From the IMG/VR virus record IMGVR_UViG_3300040957_000063: 64,000 nucleotides of DNA. The stretch is one strand, 5' to 3'. This document shows positions 63,601 through 64,000 of the stretch, in pieces. The position numbers and the translations under genes were made by a program. How positions within the stretch are numbered: the first letter of the stretch is position 1; every line of letters begins with the position of its first letter. Under the pieces are notes generated by a model. That model searched no databases. It was not told where the DNA came from and saw only the letters and a program-made list of their open reading frames with translations. Source of the stretch: an uncultured virus (IMG/VR IMGVR_UViG_3300040957_000063). Lineage: Duplodnaviria > Heunggongvirae > Uroviricota > Caudoviricetes.

Positions 63601-64000
63601 TTTTTACATCTCCTTTGATGTTTGTAAAAATGCATAATCAAATATTTAAATCTTTTGGTTATATATAACTGTTTTTGATTTGAACATGTTGTTTCTGCCA
63701 CAACCTTTATATTGTTGGTTGATATAACTAATTAATCAGATGATTAAGATGAGTAACAAACCAATAGACGTTGGCGAATTGCTGATAAGGCGATTGGAAG
63801 AGGCACATCAAAGAGATGTTGCTAATTGCAATGCTCACAGAACTATTTTCAGACTAAATCCCAGAACTAACGGGGACGAACTTGATTGCAAAAAAGAAAA
63901 ATGTTCAAAAGGATGTCCGTTAAAATGAGCGAAATATTAACTAACGTTAATAAAGCTATGGAAGCTGGAAAATGGGCGCAAGCTACAGCTAATTGCCCTG

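Larger units (their letters stand above)
13482..63713 (+). promoter_or_regulatory. Repeated extended archaeal promoter: GAGCATG-N17-TTTA(T/A)A
   Basis: Starts: 13482, 15320, 22930, 27834, 35049, 38520, 38805, 40848, 43661, 46714, 47055, 48521, 49568, 52477, 52792, 55663, 59079, 60681, 62416, 63682. Confidence 0.8.
5817..63747. repeat. Dispersed 16-bp palindrome TTAATCA-NN-TGATTAA (about 20 copies)
   Basis: Starts: 5817, 6241, 9250, 27688, 27806, 34561, 34693, 35016, 37516, 46982, 48441, 48500, 52449, 54462, 55114, 55639, 59052, 62399, 62465, 63732 (0-1 mismatch). Confidence 0.9.

Overview
This window reads as part of a large archaeal tailed-virus genome. It is AT-rich and almost entirely + strand, with BRE-TATA promoters and GGTGA ribosome-binding sites. 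It encodes MCM, an archaeal KaiC-domain ATPase and a tail fibre with a C-terminal intramolecular chaperone. It also carries a sugar-nucleotide/glycosyltransferase cluster, nucleic-acid enzymes (RNA ligase, Ogg glycosylase, ThyA, macrodomain, SLOG), a CobA/BtuR gene, an intein-containing vWA protein with a MoxR-type ATPase, and about 15 HNH/EndoVII endonucleases. Four things stand out. (1) A compact CRISPR locus: a metallophosphoesterase overlapping an apparently nuclease-dead, C-terminally truncated Cas12f/TnpB-like protein with an N-terminal HTH, then a tracrRNA-like segment and a 5-repeat mini-array, with no cas1/cas2 in the window. (2) About 35 otherwise unrelated microproteins, mostly in translationally coupled chains, that all end in [VI]-x-F-[TDSN]-stop. 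(3) About 20 copies of the palindrome TTAATCA-NN-TGATTAA and about 20 promoters with a CATG box exactly 17 nt upstream of the TATA box. (4) Several promoter-driven, structured non-coding RNA candidates. All family assignments are by-eye motif recognition; no searches were run.
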